Source: Mayamaea pseudoterrestris (lineage: Eukaryota). From it: a stretch of 64,000 bases of DNA. Numbering within the stretch: the stretch's first letter is position 1; every line of letters starts with the position of its first letter. The DNA lies in assembly GCA_027923505.1 (NCBI GenBank), contig BROI01000011.1, forward strand, positions 806,001 to 870,000. The letters are read 5' to 3'. Below, piece after piece: positions 12,045 to 22,000 of this stretch. A model generated the notes under the pieces. That model saw nothing but the letters and a program-made list of their open reading frames with translations. It made no database searches and was not told the DNA's origin. The position numbers were made by a program, and so were the translations under genes.

Positions 12045-12587
12045 TTAAATTGCCTTGACGTAATGAACCAACAATAAAGCAGCAATCAGTCCGTACAACC
12101 CAACAGCTTCAATGAAGACGAGAACCAAAAGGAATTGCGAAGACGTCTCAAACCAGAGCGGCTCCACCGGATTGGATGGAAGCAAAGGAGTTGTTTGCTC
12201 GTTCTCAGCGTCCGCCCGACGAGCCGGCGCTTCCAATTTGATCGACGTCGACATGTGACGATCCACAAAACCGGCAATCGCTCCTCCAGACGCCAAACAC
12301 GCCAATCCCACACACAAACCGGCCGACAAGTGCATATATCCTTCCACCGACGTCAACTCCGCTCCAGTATTGAGTCGATTCACAATGACGGCGGCAACAA
12401 TGATTCCGTAAATCGCCAAGACGCCGCTAATGATAATGGCAGCAAACCCTTTGATGCCATCGTTGGAATGCGTCGCGTAAACACCCGACGGAATGGACGC
12501 CCAGCATGCGCCGACGCTGGCCAAAAAGACGCTGAGCGCGCAGCCAATGCCCGAAAAGAGTTCTGGTGGAGTATTGTAGGGAGTCAT
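12045..12587 (-). CDS. V-type H+-ATPase proteolipid subunit c-like, divergent
   Basis: Four hydrophobic segments; IISGVLAIYGIIVA, GYMHLSAGLCVGLACLASGGAIA and LVLVFIEAVGLYGLI with the proton-carrying Glu in TM4. Confidence 0.88.
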   Translation of the reverse strand: MTPYNTPPELFSGIGCALSVFLASVGACWASIPSGVYATHSNDGIKGFAAIIISGVLAIYGIIVAAVIVNRLNTGAELTSVEGYMHLSAGLCVGLACLASGGAIAGFVDRHMSTSIKLEAPARRADAENEQTTPLLPSNPVEPLWFETSSQFLLVLVFIEAVGLYGLIAALLLVHYVKAI

Positions 12588-12820
12588 TGCTGATGATGAT
12601 ATTGATATTGATCGCTACTGCTACTGCCTCGATAGCGAATAAAAGGATGCGAGATGACAAAGCCAAGGCGAGAAGCGAAGGGAACGGTCGATCGATGTCT
12701 TTTAGCAATCACGCCACTACGGATTCAGGTTTTGACGGAAGACGGAAGCCACATTGATGAGAAGCGGCGTGACAATGACATGGTGAAAAAATCAAATCAA
12801 TCACGCATCGCACCATGACT

Positions 12821-12888
12821 CACTGCGACATGGCTACCAGATCAAAGGTGATCCACTGCGACATGGCTACCAGATCAAAGGTGATCCA
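12821..12888. repeat. Perfect 33-bp tandem duplication, intergenic
   Basis: cactgcgacatggctaccagatcaaaggtgatc at 12821 and again at 12854. Confidence 0.95.
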
Positions 12889-13176
12889 TTGTAGTAGTGC
12901 ACTATAGTAAAACCACAGCCTCTGCGTACATATTCTCACCAACTGTTTTAACACCCGCAGCTAGGATTGGAGACAAATTCTCTAGCTGGCGAGCAGACCA
13001 TTATTGGGCTGTCAGTGGCTGTAGCATGCCGTAGACCACGGTACCATGAATTTGGCTAGGATGATTTTCCCAGTAGTTTTATGAACGAAAAATAAGTAGT
13101 AGTTTTTCCGCTACAAACAAAGTGCTGGAGAGAAAGCTTCATTAATTAAAGGTTCAACCAAAGAACAATAAAAATC

Positions 13177-15909
13177 TTAACTCTTCTTCTCGGTTCGTTT
13201 CATGATTCGCACAAAAAGCTCGGACTTGTCCCGAGCAACGCGGCATTGCTCGCCTACATCGCATTCACTATCACTAACTAATGGATTCCAACTTTCGTCT
13301 TCATTCTCGATGGTGGGCCCCAAGACGCCTTTAATGCGACGAACGCCCAAAAGAAAGGCGAGGCTGAGCTCCTCAGCATCCCGATTTCCACCCCAAAATA
13401 AGTACTCATCAAACCAGCTGCAACGCAACTCGCGACTCTCGGGCAGTCGAAGGTCGTGAATGACAACAATCATGGATATCCATTGAAATGGATAAGTCAT
13501 GTAGCGGGTGGCGCGGATTTCTCTCTCTGGACGCAGGTCGTTGTTCTGAACCAAGTGCGACACATGCTCGTAGTATGACAGTTGCCGGGGCGGAAAATAA
13601 AAATTATTGCCGGCCCGCTTTATGTAATCCGTCATGGACGCGGGTAGTGATTTTGATGGGGGCTCGCCAGCAAAGAGAACTGATTTTCTAGCAGGCTCTG
13701 CCGGGTAATGATGGAATCGAGAAATGCCGGGGATTCCACTGCGACGCTCTTTTACCTTCCTCGGCCCCAATGTGGGCCGATCGATGCGTTTCCCAATCGA
13801 CAATATAGTTGCATCAGGCGTTGATGCAAAATCTTGTGATTCAACGTAAATGGCACGCCTAATTTTGCTCGAGAACATGCCACCTGGGTCGATTCGGAGC
13901 AAGCCATTATCAGCATCTGACAAGGCTTTGTCATCTACGTTGGGCAGCCATATGAGGGTCCAACGGCGCCACATGACCTTGCCATTCCAATCGTTCATCT
14001 GATCATCCGTAAACGGTCCATCCAACTTCAAATGACTCGCCAGAGCATGACGCGCAAGTACACTTTTTCCAGATATAAATGCGATTCGGCAAAGTTTAGT
14101 AAGCGCAGGCCCCTTTGGCTCAACCAAGTCATTTTGCTCTTTTGAAAACATGGCCAAATAAATGACGGTTTGACAGTCGCGAGTGGCGGCGTGGCTAATT
14201 GATTGAATGGAATCGAATGCAGACGGTGCACACGAGGACGAACGACATTTAGATGCGCATGGGAAGCGAGACTCGGACACTCCATACGTTGTAACGAACT
14301 CAAGAGCTCTCGTCGAAAAGTTTGCGTCGCTTATTGTTGCATCAAGTTCGTACGGATCAGCTATACGACGCTGCCACATTAGGCTTGCTTGTCGTCGTCG
14401 AGAAATGTGGTCGTCACTCAAATTCTCCGGCCGGGTGAACGAGAGTTGTTGCTTTCGCGCCGACGACTGGAGAGCCATGAAAAGGCTTGCCATGACGTCG
14501 TCCGTGTATAATGACTCTTGATCGTCGACAGTAACATACGATGTATACGATTGCACCAATGGACCCACCATGACCCCTAGCGGAAGGAGCAAGTGACCGG
14601 TCGAAAGCCCGAAATACTCATCGTAAAATGCCGAAGCAATGGTCGTCGGATTGAGTCGCCCGTCTTCTGAACTGACATGCGCCAACCTCGGTAGCGGTTG
14701 TGTCTGTCGTTCCGCCATGACCACAACAGTCGCCAAAGCATCATCCAGCACCGCGCGACTTGTTGATCTCAAATAAATGTTTCGATTGCGCTCCTCCATG
14801 ACATCGCTCAACACCGGATCATAATGGTTCATGACATGCCATTCCCATGCCGTGTCGAAGTGTATAATATGCGTCGGCATGACTCCTCCGCTCCATTCCA
14901 TACTCTTGGTTCGTTTCCGAAGACCAGACCATGGCACGTGAAGTGAGAACTCGTCAATGCTTCTCTTAAGTATACGGACCTTGTCATGCAAGAGACGCAT
15001 GCGCAGCTTGCGAGTATTTGGAAACATGGCATCAATTCCAATAATGTGCTTGACATGGCACTGCTTTGCAATGAGCAAGGCAAAGGCTGCTCCTGGAGGC
15101 GACGACAGTATATTGGTGATCCAAACCTTACTCGACGAAGAGAGGCGAGCATTCTTGCAGTACTTGGGCCAGTCATAATGAGATACAGTTAGCTTGGTCT
15201 TTGGCAAATTGGTGTAGTAGTTTGTCATTGAAGGTTCCTTCATATAGGAGATTTCCTGGGCGACTTGCTTGGCAGATAGTGTTCGAGGACGTGTTCGACG
15301 CTGCCGCCGCTGTATTCTATCTGGATCAGAGTACTGCGGCCGTCGCGTAAGCAATATGCTTGCTTGCCCTTGCCCGTGGAGACTCGTATTGACGTTGCTA
15401 GGCATGATAAGAACCTTTCGCTTGCTAATCGGTGTTGGCATTGTCATGCCGTCAGTTGATGAGTAGTAATCCAACGCTCGCCTTTCCGTGACAATAGCAT
15501 CAGGACCAGCTAACCGTGCATGCATCAGTAGAACATGTGACAAGAAACGAAGAATAGCCAAGCCAACCAAGAGCCGTGGCATAATGAATAGGAACCGTCG
15601 GTTCTTTTGCGAGGCAATGCGTCCCCAAAGAGTGTTGTGTCGATGCAGCTTCCTGGCAGGCGAATGTGAATGAGACGACGGCAGACCATCCATAATGTTG
15701 GAATCCTTAGTTAAAAATAAGGGCCGACGTGTACTTTGCGCCGATGCAGCAGAAACAGCGCCAAATAGGTCCTTCTTGATTGGGTCCTTGGTGTTGTTAT
15801 TGTCGTCCGTATTGTTCTCGCTCCCTCGTCGTCGGTGAAAAAGATGATTGTTGCGCAATGAAAACGATTCAGGCGAAGATACAGGGCTGCCTAGGTCATG
15901 CTCCATCAT
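13177..15909 (-). CDS. Type II membrane protein: degenerate Rossmann/epimerase-like domain + C-terminal DUF616 (TOD1/MUCI70-like) putative glycosyltransferase domain
   Basis: TM segment FLFIMPRLLVGLAILRFLSHVLL; KVWITNILSSPPGAAFALLIAKQ..IIGIDAM; C-terminal CQTVIY, CRIAFIS, RRAIYVE, VVIHD..LRCSWFDEY..NRDAEELSLAF resemble DUF616 blocks. Confidence 0.6.
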   Translation of the reverse strand: MMEHDLGSPVSSPESFSLRNNHLFHRRRGSENNTDDNNNTKDPIKKDLFGAVSAASAQSTRRPLFLTKDSNIMDGLPSSHSHSPARKLHRHNTLWGRIASQKNRRFLFIMPRLLVGLAILRFLSHVLLMHARLAGPDAIVTERRALDYYSSTDGMTMPTPISKRKVLIMPSNVNTSLHGQGQASILLTRRPQYSDPDRIQRRQRRTRPRTLSAKQVAQEISYMKEPSMTNYYTNLPKTKLTVSHYDWPKYCKNARLSSSSKVWITNILSSPPGAAFALLIAKQCHVKHIIGIDAMFPNTRKLRMRLLHDKVRILKRSIDEFSLHVPWSGLRKRTKSMEWSGGVMPTHIIHFDTAWEWHVMNHYDPVLSDVMEERNRNIYLRSTSRAVLDDALATVVVMAERQTQPLPRLAHVSSEDGRLNPTTIASAFYDEYFGLSTGHLLLPLGVMVGPLVQSYTSYVTVDDQESLYTDDVMASLFMALQSSARKQQLSFTRPENLSDDHISRRRQASLMWQRRIADPYELDATISDANFSTRALEFVTTYGVSESRFPCASKCRSSSCAPSAFDSIQSISHAATRDCQTVIYLAMFSKEQNDLVEPKGPALTKLCRIAFISGKSVLARHALASHLKLDGPFTDDQMNDWNGKVMWRRWTLIWLPNVDDKALSDADNGLLRIDPGGMFSSKIRRAIYVESQDFASTPDATILSIGKRIDRPTLGPRKVKERRSGIPGISRFHHYPAEPARKSVLFAGEPPSKSLPASMTDYIKRAGNNFYFPPRQLSYYEHVSHLVQNNDLRPEREIRATRYMTYPFQWISMIVVIHDLRLPESRELRCSWFDEYLFWGGNRDAEELSLAFLLGVRRIKGVLGPTIENEDESWNPLVSDSECDVGEQCRVARDKSELFVRIMKRTEKKS

Positions 15910-16338
15910 TATTTTTGGAAATCATCCTGGTTTCTACCGGTAGGCGCTGAATAGCGTAGCTTTGCGATTGTTGGCGATGGTTTTGGACTGCGCCATGGTG
16001 AACCGCTCAGTGGCATTGAAAAGTGAAAACTTCGAGAGCATCCGTCGTACATTTAAACCGACAGTCAAGAAACGCATTGTGAGTAAGTGATGACGCATTT
16101 CATCGGATACCTCCGAAAGCGCGAGTGAAATGTGCCCACCCTTGGCGTCGCTTGCTTGGCTTTTGGGCTTGGCCATGACGATCTTGCTTTGCGTTGCAAG
16201 TTTGCTTATTTTCTTAACAGAATCGTATCTCCTGGTTGAAAATCTCACTAAAACTGCATTGTGGTCTTGTATTGCTACATGCGAAGCTTCAAAATGCAGG
16301 GGTTGCGGACACTTCCGACCTTCAAGGCACCATCAAGC

Positions 16339-18984
16339 ATGATCCGATGGCTAAATCGATGCGGAAGCACGGCGCTAATGGCTGTCTTCTTGTTACTTTG
16401 CCATGCTGTTCAAAGTGAAGATCTAAATAATCCAGACTATCTGACAACAGATTCGGTTGTATTGATTACTGGAGCTGGCGGCTTTATCGGAAGCGAATTG
16501 GCATTGGCGTTGCATCGAACGTATGGACCCAAGAAACTCATCCTCATTGACTCCATGGATCGTGGCTTTGGAGGCATGACTCCGGAAAGCGTTTTAAACG
16601 GCAAGGCGCCCGAAAAAACCGAAGCTGATTTGGCCTTGCTGGAATTTAAGCGACAACGAGTCTTTCGCGTCATGCAGGAGCTGGGTCCAACGGCTCACTT
16701 TTATCGCGTCGACTTTCGACCCAATGTTCCAGAGTTTCATGAAGCTGGAGAAGTCCCAGTTTTGCATCATATTTTTACAATTCACTCGGATATTACGCAT
16801 GTTGTTCACTTGGCCGATCATTATCACCGCGGGTCGACCTTTGAAAAACGAAAACAGGATCAGTTGCTCACGCAAACGATTCCAAGAATTCATGGGCAAC
16901 CAAAGGCTGGTATGATGGAGTCACTTTTGGAGGAGTTGCGGGTTGTCAAGAAGATTCAAACGCTGCCACATTTTGTGTATGCTTCGACGCATGAAGTTTA
17001 CAATTTTCGGGGCGACAAGAGCAATCCACCTCCATTTCAGGAAGACAAGCCATTGTCGACTCCTTCGTCATTTGCAGGAGCGTCGAAACTTATGGACGAA
17101 ATTCTTGCGCAAACATACTACAAAACGGATGACATTTATAGCGTCGGCTTGCGCTTCTTCTCAGTTTATGGTCCTTGGGGGTTGCCAGGAAGTCCACTTT
17201 ACGAAATGGCCGAACGAGCCATTCATGGCAACAATCCACTGGAGCTCGACACGGATATCTTACATGACATTCGCGACTTTGTGTACATTGACGACGCCAT
17301 TGATGCTATCATGAGTGCCATGCAATTTCGTCACGAGAAGCCCGTCGTGTTCAATGTTGGCTCCGGAACAGGATCGACCCTACTGCAAGTCGGCAAGTTG
17401 ATGGAGGTGGCAGTGGATGGCAAGAGTTTGGCTCAGGTGGCGACTGAAGATCCCGAAACAACTTCTATTGCACATAATGGTCGTGCGGAGCGCGTTCTTG
17501 GATTCAAGCCACACGTCTCGCTAGAGCAGGGATTGGAGCGCTTGCTGGCGTGGCATTATGATCGAGCGTACCCTTACGGACCTCCTGATGACGCCGACGA
17601 TCGCAAACAGATTTCAGGAAAGGGAATTGTTGCATGCAACAAGTACGATAAGGAGTGCTTGCTTGGGGCGGCTGTATTTCCTTGTGCGTCAGAGTGTGCG
17701 CACGAGACGCAATGCATAACGTCGTTTTATGACGATGTGCAAGCGTACACGCGGGTTCTGACGGATGAATGTGATGCAGTCATGTACACGGTAGCTCTCG
17801 ACGACAGTTTAAGTGTTATTCCTTCGGCTCAGGTGCAAGTGTCGGCAAATTCGAAATCACACATTGAAGGCAACGGTGGACGATGTAATATTGCATTCGT
17901 ATCGGAGTCAAGTCCTCTATTCCGCCGGCTATCGTCCAGCCAAGCTGGTCAAGGTAAAGATGTTCCTATCATGCACGGGCATTGGGTTCTCGTCCCTGTG
18001 ATGGTTTCAAGTCACGTTGCCGAGATGATGCACATCTTGAAACTTCTGCCAAAGTTATCACCTAGCCAATTCTTTGGAAGCCGTACGACGCGAGCAATAT
18101 ACTGTGATCCTACCGTTGTCCTGGACAATGTGTCGTTACTCTTGACAGAATTCGACAAAAAGCCGACAGGTGCAGACGGCCCTGTCGCGACAGGGCTCCT
18201 TATTGGCAAACAGCGCTCTGGCGGGCAAGGAAGGTTGCTGGAGTCAAGCTCTTCAGTGCGTGAACGAATTCAAAATACCGCTTATCGAATGATTAGAATT
18301 GCCGCAATTGACGAAATGGCGGGAGACGGCTTCTCAATGCACTTTGATTCTTCCTTCATGATTCACGCGCTGACTGGCGACGATACCCGGTTATTTCGCT
18401 GTGACATTTTTGGTGAAGTTATCCAGTGGGATGTTACGGCAGACGCTTCATCAATCGAGTTTATCTCAGGGCTCCACGACATGTGGAGTCGAGTCATTGA
18501 CAAGAAGCGCGACTCTCAGCCCTGGTGGACTGGAAACAACATGTCTGAGAGAAAAGACAGGCACTCAGATTTGAAATCAAATGCCGAAATCAGCGTGAAA
18601 CAAGTGCCGCAAGTCGGCAAGAGCAGGCGAAGACTGCAGGAGGTTGGCGAAGAAGATTTTCTTGGTCAAGGTAACGACGTTGTTGGCGTCGGTGGCATGT
18701 CTGAAGCAATCCAAGACGCAGTACGAGCTGTTTTTGGAGAATCGATCAACAAACAGCTCGACCAAGACGATGATGACGACAGTAGTCCCGACGGGGATGG
18801 AGGAAATCACGCGATCGAACATGAGTCTGCGGATGTTGTCTTACCATTATCTGGTAAAGGCGGAAGCGATAGCGACACGTGGATCGGAATATTATCTTCG
18901 GCAGATTTACGGTACTACGCGCACATTGTAGATGCCAAAAATTTTGGTGTCGTTCATCTTGACGAGTACGCTGGTGACTCATAA
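16339..18984 (+). CDS. Secretory-pathway NAD-dependent epimerase-like (UDP-glucuronate 4-epimerase-like extended SDR) + DUF616-like fusion; alternative ATGs at 16279/16294
   Basis: Signal-like MIRWLNRCGSTALMAVFLLLCHAVQS; VLITGAGGFIG, THVVHLA, GLRFFSVYGPWG, RDFVYIDD, VFNVGSG, LGFKPHVSLEQGLERLLAW; then FPCASEC, CNIAFVS, KLLPKLSP..FF, RAIYCD, LFRCD. Confidence 0.8.
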   Translation: MIRWLNRCGSTALMAVFLLLCHAVQSEDLNNPDYLTTDSVVLITGAGGFIGSELALALHRTYGPKKLILIDSMDRGFGGMTPESVLNGKAPEKTEADLALLEFKRQRVFRVMQELGPTAHFYRVDFRPNVPEFHEAGEVPVLHHIFTIHSDITHVVHLADHYHRGSTFEKRKQDQLLTQTIPRIHGQPKAGMMESLLEELRVVKKIQTLPHFVYASTHEVYNFRGDKSNPPPFQEDKPLSTPSSFAGASKLMDEILAQTYYKTDDIYSVGLRFFSVYGPWGLPGSPLYEMAERAIHGNNPLELDTDILHDIRDFVYIDDAIDAIMSAMQFRHEKPVVFNVGSGTGSTLLQVGKLMEVAVDGKSLAQVATEDPETTSIAHNGRAERVLGFKPHVSLEQGLERLLAWHYDRAYPYGPPDDADDRKQISGKGIVACNKYDKECLLGAAVFPCASECAHETQCITSFYDDVQAYTRVLTDECDAVMYTVALDDSLSVIPSAQVQVSANSKSHIEGNGGRCNIAFVSESSPLFRRLSSSQAGQGKDVPIMHGHWVLVPVMVSSHVAEMMHILKLLPKLSPSQFFGSRTTRAIYCDPTVVLDNVSLLLTEFDKKPTGADGPVATGLLIGKQRSGGQGRLLESSSSVRERIQNTAYRMIRIAAIDEMAGDGFSMHFDSSFMIHALTGDDTRLFRCDIFGEVIQWDVTADASSIEFISGLHDMWSRVIDKKRDSQPWWTGNNMSERKDRHSDLKSNAEISVKQVPQVGKSRRRLQEVGEEDFLGQGNDVVGVGGMSEAIQDAVRAVFGESINKQLDQDDDDDSSPDGDGGNHAIEHESADVVLPLSGKGGSDSDTWIGILSSADLRYYAHIVDAKNFGVVHLDEYAGDS

Positions 18985-19077
18985 GTATTTAGAGCCATAG
19001 TTAAATTCTAAGATGTAGTCAAGGCTGTCAAAAGTCATTACGATTCGTCGCATATCGTGGCGTTTGTACAAGTAGTA

Positions 19078-22000
19078 TCACCGATTCTGGCGACGTAGTG
19101 CTTTCCAACAGGGATGCTGAAGCACTGCTTCCATCGGCGGCCTTCGTTCTGGATCTGCAGCTAGACAATGCGTTATAAGGTCAATACCTTCGCCGGAAAC
19201 ACCAACTCGCGCCAACTGTTGGCAAACCTTATCTATACTATCGTCATCCCAGTGATGAAGGGCATGCAATGCGCTTTGCATATTCGCCGTGTCTTCCTCG
19301 CCAAAGAATATCAAAGGATCCCCGACAAGCACATCATAAGCCATCTTTCCGAAGCCCCAAACGTCCTGAGATGGATCAGCCAGAAGATCCGTGCGCAATT
19401 CAAAAGCATTGCTCGCATGAAAAGCGACAGCTTCCGGAGGAGCCGACTGGAAGAGACGCCATGGATTGACAATCGAATGTATCTTTTGAGCACCAAGCAT
19501 GCTCGTTAGCTTCCAGCACTCTCTAAACTTGCCGCAATTTTCCAATTTTACGCTTCCATGGACTATTTTCATCTCGTGTAGGTGAGCGAGGGCTTTGGCA
19601 ACGATTCGCAAAACAGAGAAGATCTTGTCAGCGTAGCGCCTTCGTACTTGAAAATCTGTCTGGCATTCATTGCTTTGCAGCATGCCTTCTAAAACTCCCG
19701 CCAGCGTTAAGTCCGGTTGTTCTATCGAAATGCAATGCTGATATGTCACAATTTCCTCTGCAGGCATTCCACCATTATGCACTGCAAAGATAAGAATCTC
19801 TTCCACACGGATTGGGTCTAAATTCGCGTGCTGCAGTAAGGATGTCTGAAGCAATGGAAGAAGCTTTTCAGTTAATTGCTAGAGTCACACTTAAAAAAGT
19901 TCCGTAGTGACATACCTCGGCCTGGAAAATGTTCTCGTTCGTGTAGTTCTTTAAAATGACTCGACGTTCCGTATCGCTTCCATAGTCAATGGCTGCAAAA
20001 ACCTGGCACCCATCCTCTTGGGATATGCCAGGGCATTCACTACCAAGAAATTCAAATCTTCCCAAAAATCTAAGTGCGCGCTGCATTGCTTCCCTACATT
20101 TTGGTGTTGCTCTTGCAAGTATGTCCTTAGCATAAAAACAAAGGGTACGAACTTGCAAGTATGAACAAAGTATCAAGACTTCTTCGACAATTGAGACGTA
20201 ATGATCATCACACTCGCAGACAAGGAGATACCAACTTGCGCCGTAACCGTCTCGAATATTTCCTCGTAGATCATTGACTTCAAAAGGTAAATCGACAAGC
20301 ACCAAGGCAAGAACGACTTCCGAGGGCATACAATTGATGCAGGCCATCGCAATTGGGCTCATGCCGTTATCGTTAATACAAAGCACTGCATCAGGGGCAG
20401 CTTTGACAAGTGTCAAGGCCGCTGCCGGATCAATATATGGTTCACTGACCACTAAGTGCAAAGCATTGTTTCCGCTCTGGTCTCTGTAGCACACTGAAGA
20501 ATATTCACCTGAATCACTCGCGAGGGCTTCGATTACCCTCCAGCCGGCTCGCGCATGAATAGCTGTCATGAGCGGTGTCGCGTGAAGTCCATTGAGGACC
20601 AAGCTGCAACTGTATAGACCCTCATTGCGATCAAAAGACGTAGATGACCGAGAAACTTCGGATGCATCGTCAGGCTCGTCTGTGCTGAGTTTATTCGTAA
20701 AGCGGAGCCCATCGTCAACCTGCTTTCGCGCCTCGTCGAGTAGAAGGTACACGACATCGACTCCAAGGTCTCCGCGAAGTGTTGCGGCTACCAAATGGAG
20801 CGGTAGATTGCCTTCGTTATTGGCGACTGCGACAGCTCCCGGAAAATAGTTTAACATTGTACGGATAATTCCGGCCGCAGCATCGACTGGATGTTTCGTG
20901 GGTTCGACAGATGCAGCAGCTAGGATACTCAAATGCAAAGGCTGTATGGAGAGTCAAATAATGTCAGTTGAAATATGCAGACGACGACAAACACCAACTC
21001 AAGGTATTTACCAGCATGCCATCTTCGTTGCGTACGGACGCACCACTTGGGAAATGATCCCCCAACAATCTAATCATAGCCAAATTCGCTGAAGCCGCTG
21101 CAAGATGTATAGGCAGATTCCCAGCAATGTCAACCTGCATCAGTTCGTAAGTTTTATGTCAACACAACCAAGAACGACTAAATTATTTCCCACCGTGCGT
21201 ACCTTGTGTGCTGCGCTAGGAAACATGTGAATCAAAACTGTATTCAGCTCTGAAGGTGACGATGCGCTTTGACGCTCACTGAGTGTTCTACCAGCGAATG
21301 CCTCGCCTCCGTATAGGGCAAGCTTATGTAAAAGATTTTGGCCACTATGGAAGTCTGTCATTTCTGCTAACCAACTGCAATGAGAGAGGGATGATAATTT
21401 GAGAGAATAGGGAAGGGAATGTAGAGAATTGGCGAGAGCTAGCATACTTCAAAATACGTACGGATTTGCTTTGACGAGATATTGGGCTTGTTGCCATTCT
21501 CTCTTCTCCATGGCTTTAATGGCCTGCTGATGCCTCTTGGTCAAAATTGTTGGCGAAAGCATTAAGTTCGACATCGTAACCCGGTCATGGGTGTCAACAT
21601 CAATTTCACTCCCATCGGTATCAATAATGGGGTTATCGACATCCTTCCCCAGCAAACCTGACGTGAACTCTCTAACACGTTGCGGCGTAAAATCAGTAGC
21701 TGAGTCGCGCGATCCGTTGAGCGGCAATATTTCTTGCGAGCTAGACGCACTTGTTTCATCATCTTGCAAAGCATCATCGACCGCGATGATGTTTTCAGCA
21801 GTAGGAAGAAAGCTACCACGAAACCTTTTAATAACATTCTTAAAGCCGACAGGCAAGGCGCGGAAGGAGGACACTGACGATGCATCCTCGTGACTAAGTC
21901 TCTCATCTTGTCTCCGGTGAAAAGCGGCAACAGCATCGTGGTCGCTCTGTGAGTCGCCCCCAGCGTAGATATTTTTAGCAAGATTACCAAAACGACCCGA

